Shown here: piece after piece, positions 11,676 through 23,144 of the stretch | How the letters are laid out: each line of letters starts with the position of its first letter | Position numbering within the stretch: the stretch's first letter is position 1 | Assembly: GCA_048128005.1 (NCBI GenBank) | Contig: JBEUKZ010000064.1 | Span: 372,001-436,000 of the forward strand | Source: Veleropilina oligotropha | Lineage: Eukaryota | DNA length: 64,000 nucleotides | Direction of reading: 5' to 3' | Program-made: the position numbers and the translations under genes | The notes under the pieces: generated by a model | Seen by the model: only the letters and a program-made list of their open reading frames with translations | Database searches by the model: none | Told to the model about the DNA's origin: nothing

Positions 11676-14605
11676 TTGAGGTCAGAAAACGCTGTTTGCA
11701 TCTCGTCATAAAGAACTATCTAATTTAATGCAGCACTAAGGAGTTCCTGGAAGCGAGTAAACCTCATGATTTGTGGCCTTTTTTTGATTTCCTTCTCCAT
11801 GTGACGTCATTGATTATACCTTCCGCGCGACGTCATATTGACCAGCATCATCGGCATTTTGTTCTACTCCGGTCGATCTTCTCTGGGTTTGGCCAGCTAG
11901 GAGGCATGACCAGTCATCATCTCTGCTATGCACTTTCCATTGCGGTTGGTTTCACTGTTTGAAGTGAATGGCACATCTTCAGGCCAAATTTTGCATTCAT
12001 ATCACCAAGGAAAATGTGTGCAGGTACATCAATAATCAGTGCTATCAGCTTCTCATCGAAATTCACAACTACTTCTGTTGGATACTGATTAGTATGCGAC
12101 CATGATTGCGGTTAGAGAGTTGCTTACCAATTCGGTATTAAGGATCCGCTCTGTGTTACTCTACACCGAGCGTTCCTTGCCCGTGAACTGAGTATCAGTC
12201 CCATGCCATCAAAACATGTCTGTGCTGCCAACCTGCTAAATACACCTGTATATTCGTGTACTTTTCTGTGCTCCTGGATATCTAGAATCACAATCCTACT
12301 TGCTGCAAAACATTGAACAATTTCATTCGTTCGTGACACTTTTCTCGTTGTGTTTGCATTGAAAGTGAACATGAACAATGACCGCCTACAGCGCAAGATT
12401 GCTTACGATTGGGTGCTCTTCGATGAGTCCCTCCCTGCAGGGTTTCAGGATCCCTAGTCTTTATGTCGACTTCCAAATGAGGAACGCACAGTACTCCTAT
12501 TCTCAGCACAGTTCCTGCGAACTCCCGCCGAAAGTAGATGATTCGTATTTATGTCTTGATCCATGTTTAATCCTTACAATTATGTGGTGCATACCACCTA
12601 AACACAGGGGTCGCAACTCCTCCTATATGTTGATGGTTGCCCGGTGCGTGATTCATGTCTTCTCTCTCGCTTTCTGTCTTATGGGGAAGCAGTGCTGTCT
12701 CCAAACGCAAGGTCTAACATGTAGACTCTCTTATATTTAATCCATAGACGGAACAAATTTACCCACAGCTGGGACAAAGGTTATGAATAGCATGGTGTGT
12801 CCACACGCCGGTGGGTCATGCGTACATCAGCTATTGGGCCATTTGTCGATATCCACAACATGTTAGCCTGAAATTACAAGAAACCTGTTACCAGCGAAGG
12901 CCGTGAAGGGGCCATGTCGGATTACAGAGTAAAGAGAGACCGCCGTGTACTGATAGGAGAAGACTTGCGTGCACACTCTGTTTCTCGTTCGCCTACAGGC
13001 CGGTGGGGGCAGTTGAAGTTGAACTGCAACTACCTCTACAACTATACAACTACACTTAATGACCTAGACGCATCATTTATCTCTGTGACACGCTTGCCAC
13101 CACCACCAAGTCACGTGAGTCAGGTATAAGGAGCAATGTTCTCCCATCAAAGGTGCGACCTCTACTCGGATATTAATATTAATATAGTAATCTATTTCAT
13201 TTAGTTTAAACAATATTTTATTGACAAAAGTCAACCGAATAAGAAAAGCATAAACCTAAATGCATTTTATATTAGTAGATGAACATTTATCATCAAGTCA
13301 TATAACCTACTGGGACAATAAATTTTACATTTGAATGCCACTTTTATATTTAAATTAAATTAGCTATCGACAAAACACATCAATATTAATGTCTTTTAAT
13401 ATAGATTTGAATGCATTAGTTTGAATTCAAACGGTGGTGCATGTTTATGCGACTGATCGCATCTACCAGGTCTCAATCCTCGTTTATTGAAACCAATTAT
13501 AGATTGCGGTTAAACTTTTCCGACCGCATAACAATAATATTAAACAGACACAACACATGATATTTCTAATCTGATTTCCTGCACCCCTAAATTATTTAAA
13601 TTGGATTCCATCTGTCGCTGTTAACTATCTGCCATCTCGTAAGGTCGCATTGCACAATGATTGTCATGCGCAGTGATAAAGTTAATGATCGTCTTTGTTC
13701 AAATACAAGTCGTTACATTTCACGCCTCTTCGCGCTCTGCGAAACAAAAATGCGTTATTTAATGGCAATATCGTAATTGGTTGCAGGTTGTGCATCTGTC
13801 GCAGGCAAAAACCACTTCAGTCAAGTGCCCGATTGCAAATCTAATAAATTCACCGCCTCTCAAATATACGAGAGAATTTCGCGGAGGACGAGATATGCCA
13901 TAACAAATTACATTCGATGAGGTATTGAAATCTTTATAGTACTGCGTGATGGCGACTTCCTGATTAATTAAAACTCTAGCATATAATTAAGATTATAAGG
14001 AAAATACTGTTCTGGTGTCGTATTGTTGTTCAAGTGAACAATCGTGTATTTTACTTGGTAAATGACGCGACTATAGATGTAATGTTTATACATAACAAAG
14101 TCATTGTTACAATCTTTGAGTTATCTCATGAAGCTGTCTAATGAGATAATAACATGAATGAGAATACGTGGCATGATATATTCGGTAACGAACAGTACGA
14201 GATTATGGATTAGGAGATTCAAGCCCTTTACGCTTTCGAAAGGAGTTGATAGGGGAGGTTTGTGAGTATATATCTGCATTATAATTAAATGAAAGCATAC
14301 GAATCTCAATAATTGAAGATCTTGTATTGGCATTTCAAATACTCGTCTTGTAAGGCATATTTCGTAAGTCTTCCATGGATTAAAGCTATAAAAGTACGTA
14401 ACTCTAGTGCAGGGACGGTGGAACGTTTTTCACATTGGGGGGGGGGGGGGGGGCTAAACAAGACTCTTTGTCTTACCACCCATTCACACAATCTTCAAAA
14501 CATCAACTGCGAAACTCTTATACTGTCTTTAATGCCAGCATTAGGATTATGTTACGTTAATGACAACACTGCCAACACTTCCATCTAACGCGTATTACAA
14601 TTATG

Positions 14606-14846
14606 GGGGCAGCGTGGCCGAGTGGATACTGTGCTGGCTCGCAAACCAACGTGTCGTGGGCTCGATCCCCGGGAGCGCCGAGAAGTTTTCCCATGCATCG
14701 CTGTCCCATTACACACAACGCCATCTGCAAATCACAGATCTACTCACACAGCACCAATTCATCTCATCATTCAAAGTTGATTGACCCGACGTATAACTGA
14801 ACTACTGTTGGCGTGGTCCGTTAAACACCAATTCATCATCATCATC
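14606..14846 (+). mobile_element. tRNA-derived SINE (family B) nested in the hAT element
   Basis: A-box TGGCCGAGTGG, B-box-like GGCTCGATCCC, (CAT)n tail, ATTACAATT repeated at 14594-14602 and 14847-14855. Confidence 0.85.
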
Positions 14847-15068
14847 ATTACAATTCTCACAAATACAAATCAAATGTTGTAGATTATCTTTGTTTCAAAA
14901 TATTCATTATAATCAACATTCAAGGGTATAACTATGACCTAACAGCTTGCCAATTATTCTTTCAATCAAGGTTTATCAATGTCACCACTAATGCTTAACA
15001 GCATTCCAGTCACATCGCCTCAAAATGGCAACATGTCCTGTGACCTTTCGCATGCCAGGATCTGCTTC

Positions 15069-15830
15069 TCAGAACTGTCCAAAATACAACCGACTGCGAT
15101 CATTTCTCTCTACGAACTGCTTTGCAATTTTAACAACATCAAGGTCATCGTTTCTGTCCTTGAACACATGAAGAAGTAAACAGTGGTTAAGCCTCGCTTG
15201 GGTCATTGTACTTCTTAGGTATGTCTTTAGTCGTCTGAGTGTTGAGAAACTTCTTTCTGCTGTTGCAGTTGTCACAGGTATGACCAGATACAACATCAGC
15301 AGTCTGTCGATCTGTCCCAACATCCACTTAAATACGGGATCACCATTGAATAGTTGACATATCGTATCAACTTTTATCACACGTTTGATTTTTGCCTTGT
15401 CCGGCACATCCTGCAACATCTTCAACTGTGTATTAAGTCCATCAAAGTCAAGATCATGTTCATACATATTTATCATGGCATCAGTGTGAACTCTTCTCCA
15501 TTTGTAGCTTTGATCAATACATATTCTATGTCCCGGACAACCTTGCAATTTGGTTGGACAAGTTCACCTGATAGTGTGTCAATAGCTTCATAGTACTGTT
15601 GTCGGAAATATAACTCAACACTACTGGAGCGATGAGCAGGAACTCCTTCGTCTACCCGCTTTGGTGCACGTTTTATATCTCGGCAAGCAAGGAGCATCTG
15701 TCTTGTCTGTCGTCTCATGTGTGACCATGCATCTCATAACATTTATTGAGTTCGGCATCTGAGAGGAAAAGACGTTCCAGATTCCACTTGCATGCCATAC
15801 TGATAGCAGCTGAAAATGCATCTTCAGCAT
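15069..15830 (-). pseudogene. hAT transposase C-terminal fragment (hATC dimerisation domain, ZMYM1-like), frameshifted
   Basis: LVIPVTTATAERSFSTLRRLKTYLRSTMTQARLNHCLLLHV in ORF 15069-15548. The upstream part continues in another frame (YFRQQYYEAIDTL). The N-terminus is absent. Confidence 0.88.
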
Positions 15831-16084
15831 TTGTGTTCTTGCTCTGGAGTGTGGTGGAAAGTTGTTCTACTGCAGTGGATTTGCCATATGAGAGTGGGCA
15901 CAGCGGCTCATCTATGCTTCCTCTCGGATGCGCTTGTTATCAATGGGCTTGAATACATGGGCCCCTATATATATTATTGGGGGGGGGGGGGGGCGGTTCC
16001 GCCGCCTATGTAGTGCACTGTTACATGCGATGTTACAATGGCGATGATGCGTTGTCGATGATGCAACAGTGATATGTGCTGCGT

Positions 16085-16318
16085 TCTTACTCTGACGATG
16101 ATGCGTTGTTACTCTGACGATGATGCGATGTTACTCTGACGATGATGCGTTGTTACTCTGACGATGATGCGTTGTTGCTCTGACGATGATGCGATGTTAC
16201 TCTGACGATGATGCGATGTTACTCTGACGATGATGCGTTGTTACTCTGACGATGATGCGTTGTTACTCTGACGATGATGCGATGTTACTCTGACGATGAT
16301 GCGTTGTTACTCTGACGA
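16085..16318. repeat. 22-bp minisatellite (TCTGACGATGATGCG(T/A)TGTTAC), about 10 copies
   Basis: Direct tandem copies with degenerate related flanks. Confidence 0.92.
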
Positions 16319-16385
16319 GATCACGGTGCGATGTCACTACGGCGATGTTACGACGAGAAAGTTACGATGCGGGGATAATGGTTAT

Positions 16386-16742
16386 GCAGCCGTGGAACAG
16401 TGGTAGATGCACTGGCCTCTCACTCGAGAGGTTTGGGGTTCAACCCCGATCCCGGCGACTTCCCTTGGGCAAGTAATTAAAGCATAAATTGCCTCGGTTC
16501 ACCCAGCCGATCTGAGATCTGAGTGGGTACCTGGTTGGCAGTGAGGGAAATTGTCAGTACGACTAGTTGATGCGCCTATATACATGGCAGCTCGGCTGTA
16601 ATACTCTCAGAGAGAGTTGAGATGGAATCTCGAACAGAACAGGCCGTTAACCAGGGAATAATAATGTAGCGCTTTGAGCAGGCATTCGTGCATGAAAAGG
16701 CGCAATATAATTATCCATTATTATTATTATTATTATTATTAT
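16386..16742 (+). mobile_element. tRNA-derived SINE (family C), CORE-like central domain, (TAT)n tail
   Basis: A/B-box-like TGGAACAGTGG / GGTTCAACCCC, CCCTTGGGCAAG..TGCCTCGGTTCACCCAGC..GGGTACCTGG, GCGCTTTGAG..GCGCAATATAA tail. A second copy is at 47221-47520. Confidence 0.82.
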
Positions 16743-16849
16743 GGTGGATGCTTCGATATTTCTCTGATGATCATGATGCGATGTTTGATGATGATGAAGC
16801 GGTGTTAAGATGATGATAAAGCGATGGTCTTTATGGCGTTAAAAGCACT

Positions 16850-17428
16850 CAACATCACCAACAGTATACACTGTAGGTCCGATTTATATTGCCTCCTGTT
16901 ATTTCACCGGGCCGGTGGGGTACGCAGTGCCAACATTATACCGACGGTATAGGTCCGATCTGTATATTGTCTTCTCTTAGTTCATCGGACCGGTGTTGTA
17001 CGCAGTGTCAACATTACCAACGGTAGGTCCGATGTGTATATTGTCGTCTCTTATTTCATCGGGCCGGTGTTGTACGCAGTGCCAACATTACCAACGGTAG
17101 ATACGATATGTATATTGTCTTCTCTTATTTTATCGGACCGGTGGGGTACGCAGCGCCAACATCACCACCGGGCCGGTGAGGTGCGCAGTGCCAACATCAC
17201 CACCGGGCCGGTGAGTTGCGTAGTGCCAACATCACCACCGGGCCGGTGGGGCTACGCAGTGCCAATATTACCAACTGTAGGTCCAATCTGTATATTGTCT
17301 TCTCTTAGTTCACCGGACCGGTTGGGTAAGCATGCAGTGCCAACATTATACCAACTGTAGGTCCGATGTGTATATTGTCTTCTCTTACTTCACCGGGCCG
17401 GTGGGATACCGCAGTGCCAACATCACCG
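16850..17428. repeat. Complex minisatellite: about 70-75-bp units with shorter internal ACCGGGCCGGTG..GCAGTGCCAACATC units
   Basis: Recurrent GTAGGTCCGAT.TGTATATTGTCTTCTCTTA and GCAGTGCCAACAT motifs. Confidence 0.85.
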
Positions 17429-17821
17429 TGTAAATAATCACGCTGCATTTGTCAATTTTCTCAAATCGATTGTTCCCTTCGTTTGTTTTTATGGGACCTT
17501 TCTCCCGTAGGAAAGCGTCGCCATTCTTTCCTGAGGAGCTCATTTGAACGATTCGCGATCGAATGGGAACTCTGTGAAATATCCAAATACAGAAACGTGC
17601 TTGTAGTCTCGTCCTCTTATGAAGTCGCCTTGAAACAAAAACATGACTGATTGTTTAAATTCCTTTGATCTGGTCGACAACGAAAAATCGACATGTTCCG
17701 GGAGATTGAAAAATGCGTTCTATATTTTTTATGTTTGCCGATGATGGTAGGTTGTGCGAGGTGAAGCGAATGCGTAATTTACAAGTGCTGAAATTGTTTA
17801 ACCTTACATAATGTTGTCTTA

Positions 17822-18114
<293 letters not shown>

Positions 18115-18267
18115 AATAGGTTGCTTGCCCGACAGACATCTTTTTATTTAAGACGCATTGGTAATTTATTTTTTGTCTGTCCATTCTTCCTTCGTTATGC
18201 AAGACTGTCCACAAAGAAAAAGAAAAAGCTACTGCATTTTCACCACTCTGCTGTCAAGGACAGTGTG

Positions 18268-18478
18268 GAGCGTGCCCTAGTGGATGCGACGCTGATTTAC
18301 GAAGCCAACGGTTATTGGTTCTAACCCAGGGCTGTTCCCCCTTGATTTTTTCCGTTAATACACCGTATCCATTTCACACAGTGTTCATCTGATCGGATAA
18401 AGACGTAAACCAGATGCGTTGACTGCGATATCACCGAAATAATGTTCAAACGTGGTCGTTAAACTTCCAAACCAAACT
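18268..18478 (+). mobile_element. Degenerate tRNA-derived SINE (family D)
   Basis: A/B-box-like TGCCCTAGTGG / GGTTCTAACCC, TCGGATAAAGACGTAAACC motif, CGTTAAAC + (CCAAA)n tail. Confidence 0.55.
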
Positions 18479-19363
18479 AATAAAAGAAATTTTAAGAAGA
18501 TTTTAAGAAGATTAAGACTGTTGCCCATTATATATGTGAATATACACCATTGGCTGGGTATCTGAACTAGTGTCAGTTACTCCATTGTTCCAGTTACAAT
18601 CCAACCAATGAGTCGCTGGCCAGTGATAAAGGGATTGCAAGACAAGTTGCCAGTGAAATAGTCGATTTCTCATTATCACCACATGAGCGAGTTATGGTGG
18701 ACAATTTAATGTTTTATGGGGTTAAACCATGCAATTTAAGATAAATTTTCATGATGTATATGATTAACACCCCTCGGCGATATCTTTATAACAACTCTCG
18801 CTGCGCTCGAGGTTTTATTTTAGATATGACTTTGGATGACAGTGCATTATCTACACTTACAGATATAACAAGAAGGACGCATTCTGAATTTGTCTTTAAC
18901 TTTTTCCTTGTTGTTATCATTTTAGAAGAAAAGAATGACGGTTTTTGCACAGATGAAACTTTCCTTTGTTCCTATGTTGCTCACTCATCGTACTCGCAGT
19001 AATCTCTGGCGTTAAATTTCAGTCACTTTATAAGTTACTAGTGTCTACCTGCTCAAATCATCGTTATAATACAGTCAATATTTAGTTAGATATAGTCGTA
19101 AAATTTTCTTCAACTGCGTAATGCGGGTTATGCTGATTACGACTAAATTGCGTTACCTGGTAACCGATTTGTTTACCCCGCTCCTGTAGTAGGTCAGTTC
19201 ATGGCGCGTATCTAAGCAACAACTTGGAGTAGATATTAACATGTTTCTTTTAAATAATAAAAATAGCTACCTGTCAATCTACGTGTTATGCTATAAAATA
19301 TCATAGCAACAAACACTGCATATCACTTCTTACATCAATGATTACACCACCAAATGATATATT

Positions 19364-19560
19364 ATTACCCTCGCCTCCGGAGAAGAGGCGAGGGTATTGC
19401 AATCGGTTCCGTATGTATATATGTCCATATGTTTGTATATATGTATGTATGTATGTCCATTCGCATAACTCGAAAACTATTGATCCGATTTACTTGAAAT
19501 TTTACACATGGTGGTGTTTCTCCGGTGTTTCTCCGGATTGTGACCCGAGTTCGGATTTTA
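19364..19560 (+). mobile_element. 5' end of a non-autonomous Helentron-like (HINE/DINE-1-type) element
   Basis: Hairpin TACCCTCGCCTC..GAGGCGAGGGTA, then a (GTAT)n microsatellite and ATAACTCGAAAACTATTGATCCGATT. The 3' end was not found. Confidence 0.6.
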
Positions 19561-21264
19561 TGACGCAATATCCGGTTTACAGGTTTTCGGCTGTAACGTT
19601 AACACGCTTCATCGTACAAGCATCAAAATAGGCTCAAAATGTTTTTTGGAACAGGGACCAATGACAACATGAATTATATAGAATCTATCTTACACAAGAT
19701 GGCCGCTAGGGGGATTTAAAATTTAAAAATCATAGTCATGATGAAATGATATTGATATCAGCAAAAAATATTTAGAAAATAATGTGAAATGTGAACTTTA
19801 TAAGCATTTTAGAAATCAACCAACGCAAATTGCAAATAAATGCCGTAAAATTAATATGTAACCACTGAAACCAGACATCTCAAATTTTACCAAGTGACAT
19901 TATCTACAACTCTTATCGATATACTTTATGTGTTTGAGCGAATTTGTCATAATCAAAGTCATAATCGTCGAGACGTTGCGATATTTGTGATAGCTCTTTA
20001 AATACTGCTAACGCCGTGATATGATTTACACCATTAAGCAAGGTTACCGTAATCTATCTTTCTTGAAAATTTATAAAGCTATATCGCTTTAGTAACTATT
20101 GAGTTATTGCGAGTTAAGAATTGTCTACTTCGGCAAAATTTGCAAATACAAAAATGTAACACCAAATATAAATAGCCTAAATTAGCCGTAGTAATTCGAT
20201 TGTCAGTATGGCGCAAACGGTTACGGTGTTTGGAGAAAGATCTTACCTCCAAAATATTTTTTTTTTAATTTTTATTTAAATTTTGTTATTCCTTATTTTT
20301 TTTATAATTTGTGATTACATTTTTATGATTGTAATTCATGTTTAGAAATATTGATCGTAGACATTTCTGATTTTCACCATCGTCTTCCTTGACCCCTGTG
20401 GAGAGGGTTTGCAATCTCCTCTGATTGCTCTTGTTGACTTTAGCACAAGATAAAATGCTCGGCATAATTTCCATATGTGGTGAAGAGTATATCTTGGCCA
20501 TTGACAGTATTTATCCAGACACCTGACACAGAATCAGTGGCTCTGGACATAGGTAACGCATGTGACGTCATCGTTATATTCTTGGACCAGTTATACAAGT
20601 GATATTTTCATTATTTCAAATTAATGATTAGTATTTATGTACAGTGAATAGCCTATACTTACGGGAGCCCACGTCGACATGCTACGTAGACAGAGATTAA
20701 AGAATTTTAAATGAAATATAAACCGTTTACTTTAATACTAATATTGAAAATGTTGTTGGCATTAAATGTTATTTGACAGACGTCTATCACCTTATGTCTT
20801 CTGTTGAGTAAGGTCACTTAAATATATTTGAGGTGTACATTTTGCGTGTAGACACTGACATCTACAATAGTGACCGCCTGTTACCTGCGAATCCGCCACG
20901 AGACAATAGGAAGAACGTGATAGATCTGTTTGCGCAGTAACGTCACGTCGACCGTAACGACGGCATGTTTGTTCAGGTACCATATGCCAAGGCCGGACAT
21001 GATGTACCACCATGTCACGTGACGCTCCTTCGTGCTCTAACTGAACCGTAAGATTGTAGATTCTTTGGACAGATGATGGAAATGTTTTTTTCTTAGGTGC
21101 GTGAAGCAAAATGACTAAACACGTGTATGTGTTTCAAAATTTCGGTTCGGGACGTCGGGTATCAACCATCGTTCTTATCTGCGAACATCATGTGTACCTG
21201 TATGCTGAATTTGGTGTCCACTGTTTAAATTCTGATTAAATTGCAATACTCAATCAATAATTAA

Positions 21265-21504
21265 AACAAGCGCATCCGAGAGGAAGCATAGTTGAGCCAT
21301 GTCAAGTCATCGTGGACATTCACCACCACACAGACACACAGACAGCCTCAATACAATAGTTTCTCCGTAAACGGCTCAACTAATAACAAGCGCATCCGAG
21401 AGGAAGCATAGTTGAGCCATGTAAAGTCATCGTGGATATACACCACCACCACCACACACACAGCCTCAATACAATAGTTTCTCCGTAAACGGCTCAACTA
21501 ATAA
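21265..21504 (-). mobile_element. Head-to-tail dimer of an approximately 120-bp mini HINE-like element
   Basis: Two near-identical units starting at 21265 and 21385. Each has the inverted repeat TAGTTGAGCC/GGCTCAACTA, a CA-rich microsatellite and the hairpin GCATCC-GAGA-GGAAGC. Confidence 0.7.
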
Positions 21505-22416
21505 TAGTTTAGACATATAGAGTCGCTCATTAATACCCACAAATATAAATTAATGAGCAAATTTCTTTCTTTTGATGAAACATAAAAACGGTGTTCAGAA
21601 CCTAATTTTAATTTCAACCGGGTCGTTGGCACCGATTGGCCTACTAAACAGCTGATCTAAGTTAATGCTCATTGAAACTAAGCAATCATTAATTGCACAC
21701 GAATTTGACCATTCGCTGTGCGGTCTAGAATAATAGGTTCAGCTATATGTAAAGTCACTTCTTGAGTCCAAATGTTGAAGAGGCACAACAATTGGAACGG
21801 ACTCTCGGGTTCCGTTGTCCGATTTAATGTCGTATGAATGTAAATCAACAACGGACAATCAATATACACTGAACAGTCAAAACAATAGCGACATGATTGT
21901 ATCAACAACAACGCCAAGCTAAAACACGCTAACATGACAGAACGCCGACAATTCAATATTTTATTGCCAGGAAGAAAGGAGTTCACGATCAAGCAGTGTG
22001 ACAAAATATTTGGTCAAAACTATTTGTCGTTGAAGCGAGTGCCAGTCTCAGCGTCGATGGCCGCTCTGAAGGTCAACAACATTGCTCTGTTGTGTTTGTG
22101 TGTCGTGCATCATGCTGAAAATGTTAGAAATGGTCGGGAATGTTGCCGCGTCGTCTCATTTGACGCTGTTTTGACACCTCTATTTGGCAAGCAGTCAAAT
22201 GTTAGTCTAAGCGACCACGCAACATTCGCCCAGGAAATCAAACGTTGACTTGCCTAAATGTCAAATTTACGTCCTTTACTTATATGGTTTGTCCTACAAA
22301 TCTTCAAGCGTTGAATCGATGTCAACGTGCGTAACTCCAACGTTATAGCAATTTTGCAGTTTGATACTTCATGCAAAACATGCACAACATGAAATCAGAT
22401 ATGGTTACAGAATGAA

Positions 22417-22692
22417 AAGGAAAGGAAAGGATGGATTAATGTTCTGTAGGCTATACGTACAACCATTATGTTCAAAGCAGGACATGTCCATACAATGTTT
22501 TCGCGGGAGGAAAGCCAGGTCCCCGGGAAAACCCGCCCTCTTCGACCAGTTACGGACCACTGTGATTCATAACTTGAACAAATAATGTCATATCCCAACC
22601 AAGATTCGAACCCACTACTGTTCGTGTCAATGGAATCAAGCCGGAGAATTTTCGGAGTCTGCACCGGAAACCACACGACTGCCGGAGCGGCC
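22417..22692 (-). mobile_element. Full-length SINE-A (about 276 bp) with 14-bp TSD
   Basis: GGCCGCTCCGG 5' end, GGGTTCGAATC B-box, (CCTTT)n tail, GGTTA(C/T)AGAATGAA at 22403-22416 and 22693-22706. Confidence 0.92.
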
Positions 22693-23144
22693 GGTTATAG
22701 AATGAACAAGACATACAGTTATTGATTGTATGTATAGTTCAGGAAAACGAACATGATAAACTTTCTTTGACCCTTCGATGTTCCATCATGGTTATTCCCA
22801 GTGGTCAACACAATTCAGACCTTTTCTGGCCAATACGTCCGATGTACATGCACTCTCCAGTCAGAGCCAGCAAGAATACTCCGTACGTTGTTAGTACATG
22901 TAGCAGGAATCACAGTGTATCTGCGTAGGATAGTCACCGAAACGTCAAAGTTCATGTACAAGAGGTTTCGACTTACGTTTATTGTTATAACTACCCCCCC
23001 CCCCCCCCCCCCTATGTTTACATATACATGCATGTTATGGAGTAATTCTGATATTTACTTTGCAAGAAACTGTCACGATGCCAATGTAAGATTGCACGAA
23101 TTGTCTGACATAAGGGGCGCGGGGAAATAGCATTCTTTCTTCGG

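Larger units (their letters stand above)
10190..12470 (-). mobile_element. Decayed non-LTR retrotransposon (RTE-type LINE: APE endonuclease + reverse transcriptase), internally deleted and interrupted by two SINE-A copies
   Basis: Minus-strand translations give FTFNANT..IVILDIQEHR (APE N-terminus), QNDFRLKRTT, DFKKASDSTH, DIRSGVRQG, FTITPRRFRRVP..TLTYLD and AW..K..VESVLL..TRTLT. Many stops and frameshifts. Ends approximate. Confidence 0.8.
14410..16010 (-). mobile_element. Internally deleted hAT DNA transposon with 5-bp TSD (hAT5/Tip100-like)
   Basis: Imperfect terminal inverted repeats (TIRs) CAGGGACGGTGGAAC (14410-14424) and GTTCCGCCGCCTATG (15996-16010). TAGTG directly flanks both ends, there are subterminal poly-G runs, and a transposase remnant lies inside. 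Confidence 0.8.

Noticed and set aside
14606..14680. tRNA gene
   Set aside because: The A/B boxes are followed by a SINE body, (CAT)n tail and TSD, so this is a SINE head. The same holds for the other B-box hits.
15069..15548. Functional or domesticated ZMYM1-like gene
   Set aside because: It is a frameshifted C-terminal fragment inside TIRs and a TSD, with the N-terminus missing.
22740..22870. Possible exon or protein fragment on the minus strand
   Set aside because: In-frame stops, no recognisable family, and no convincing splice context.
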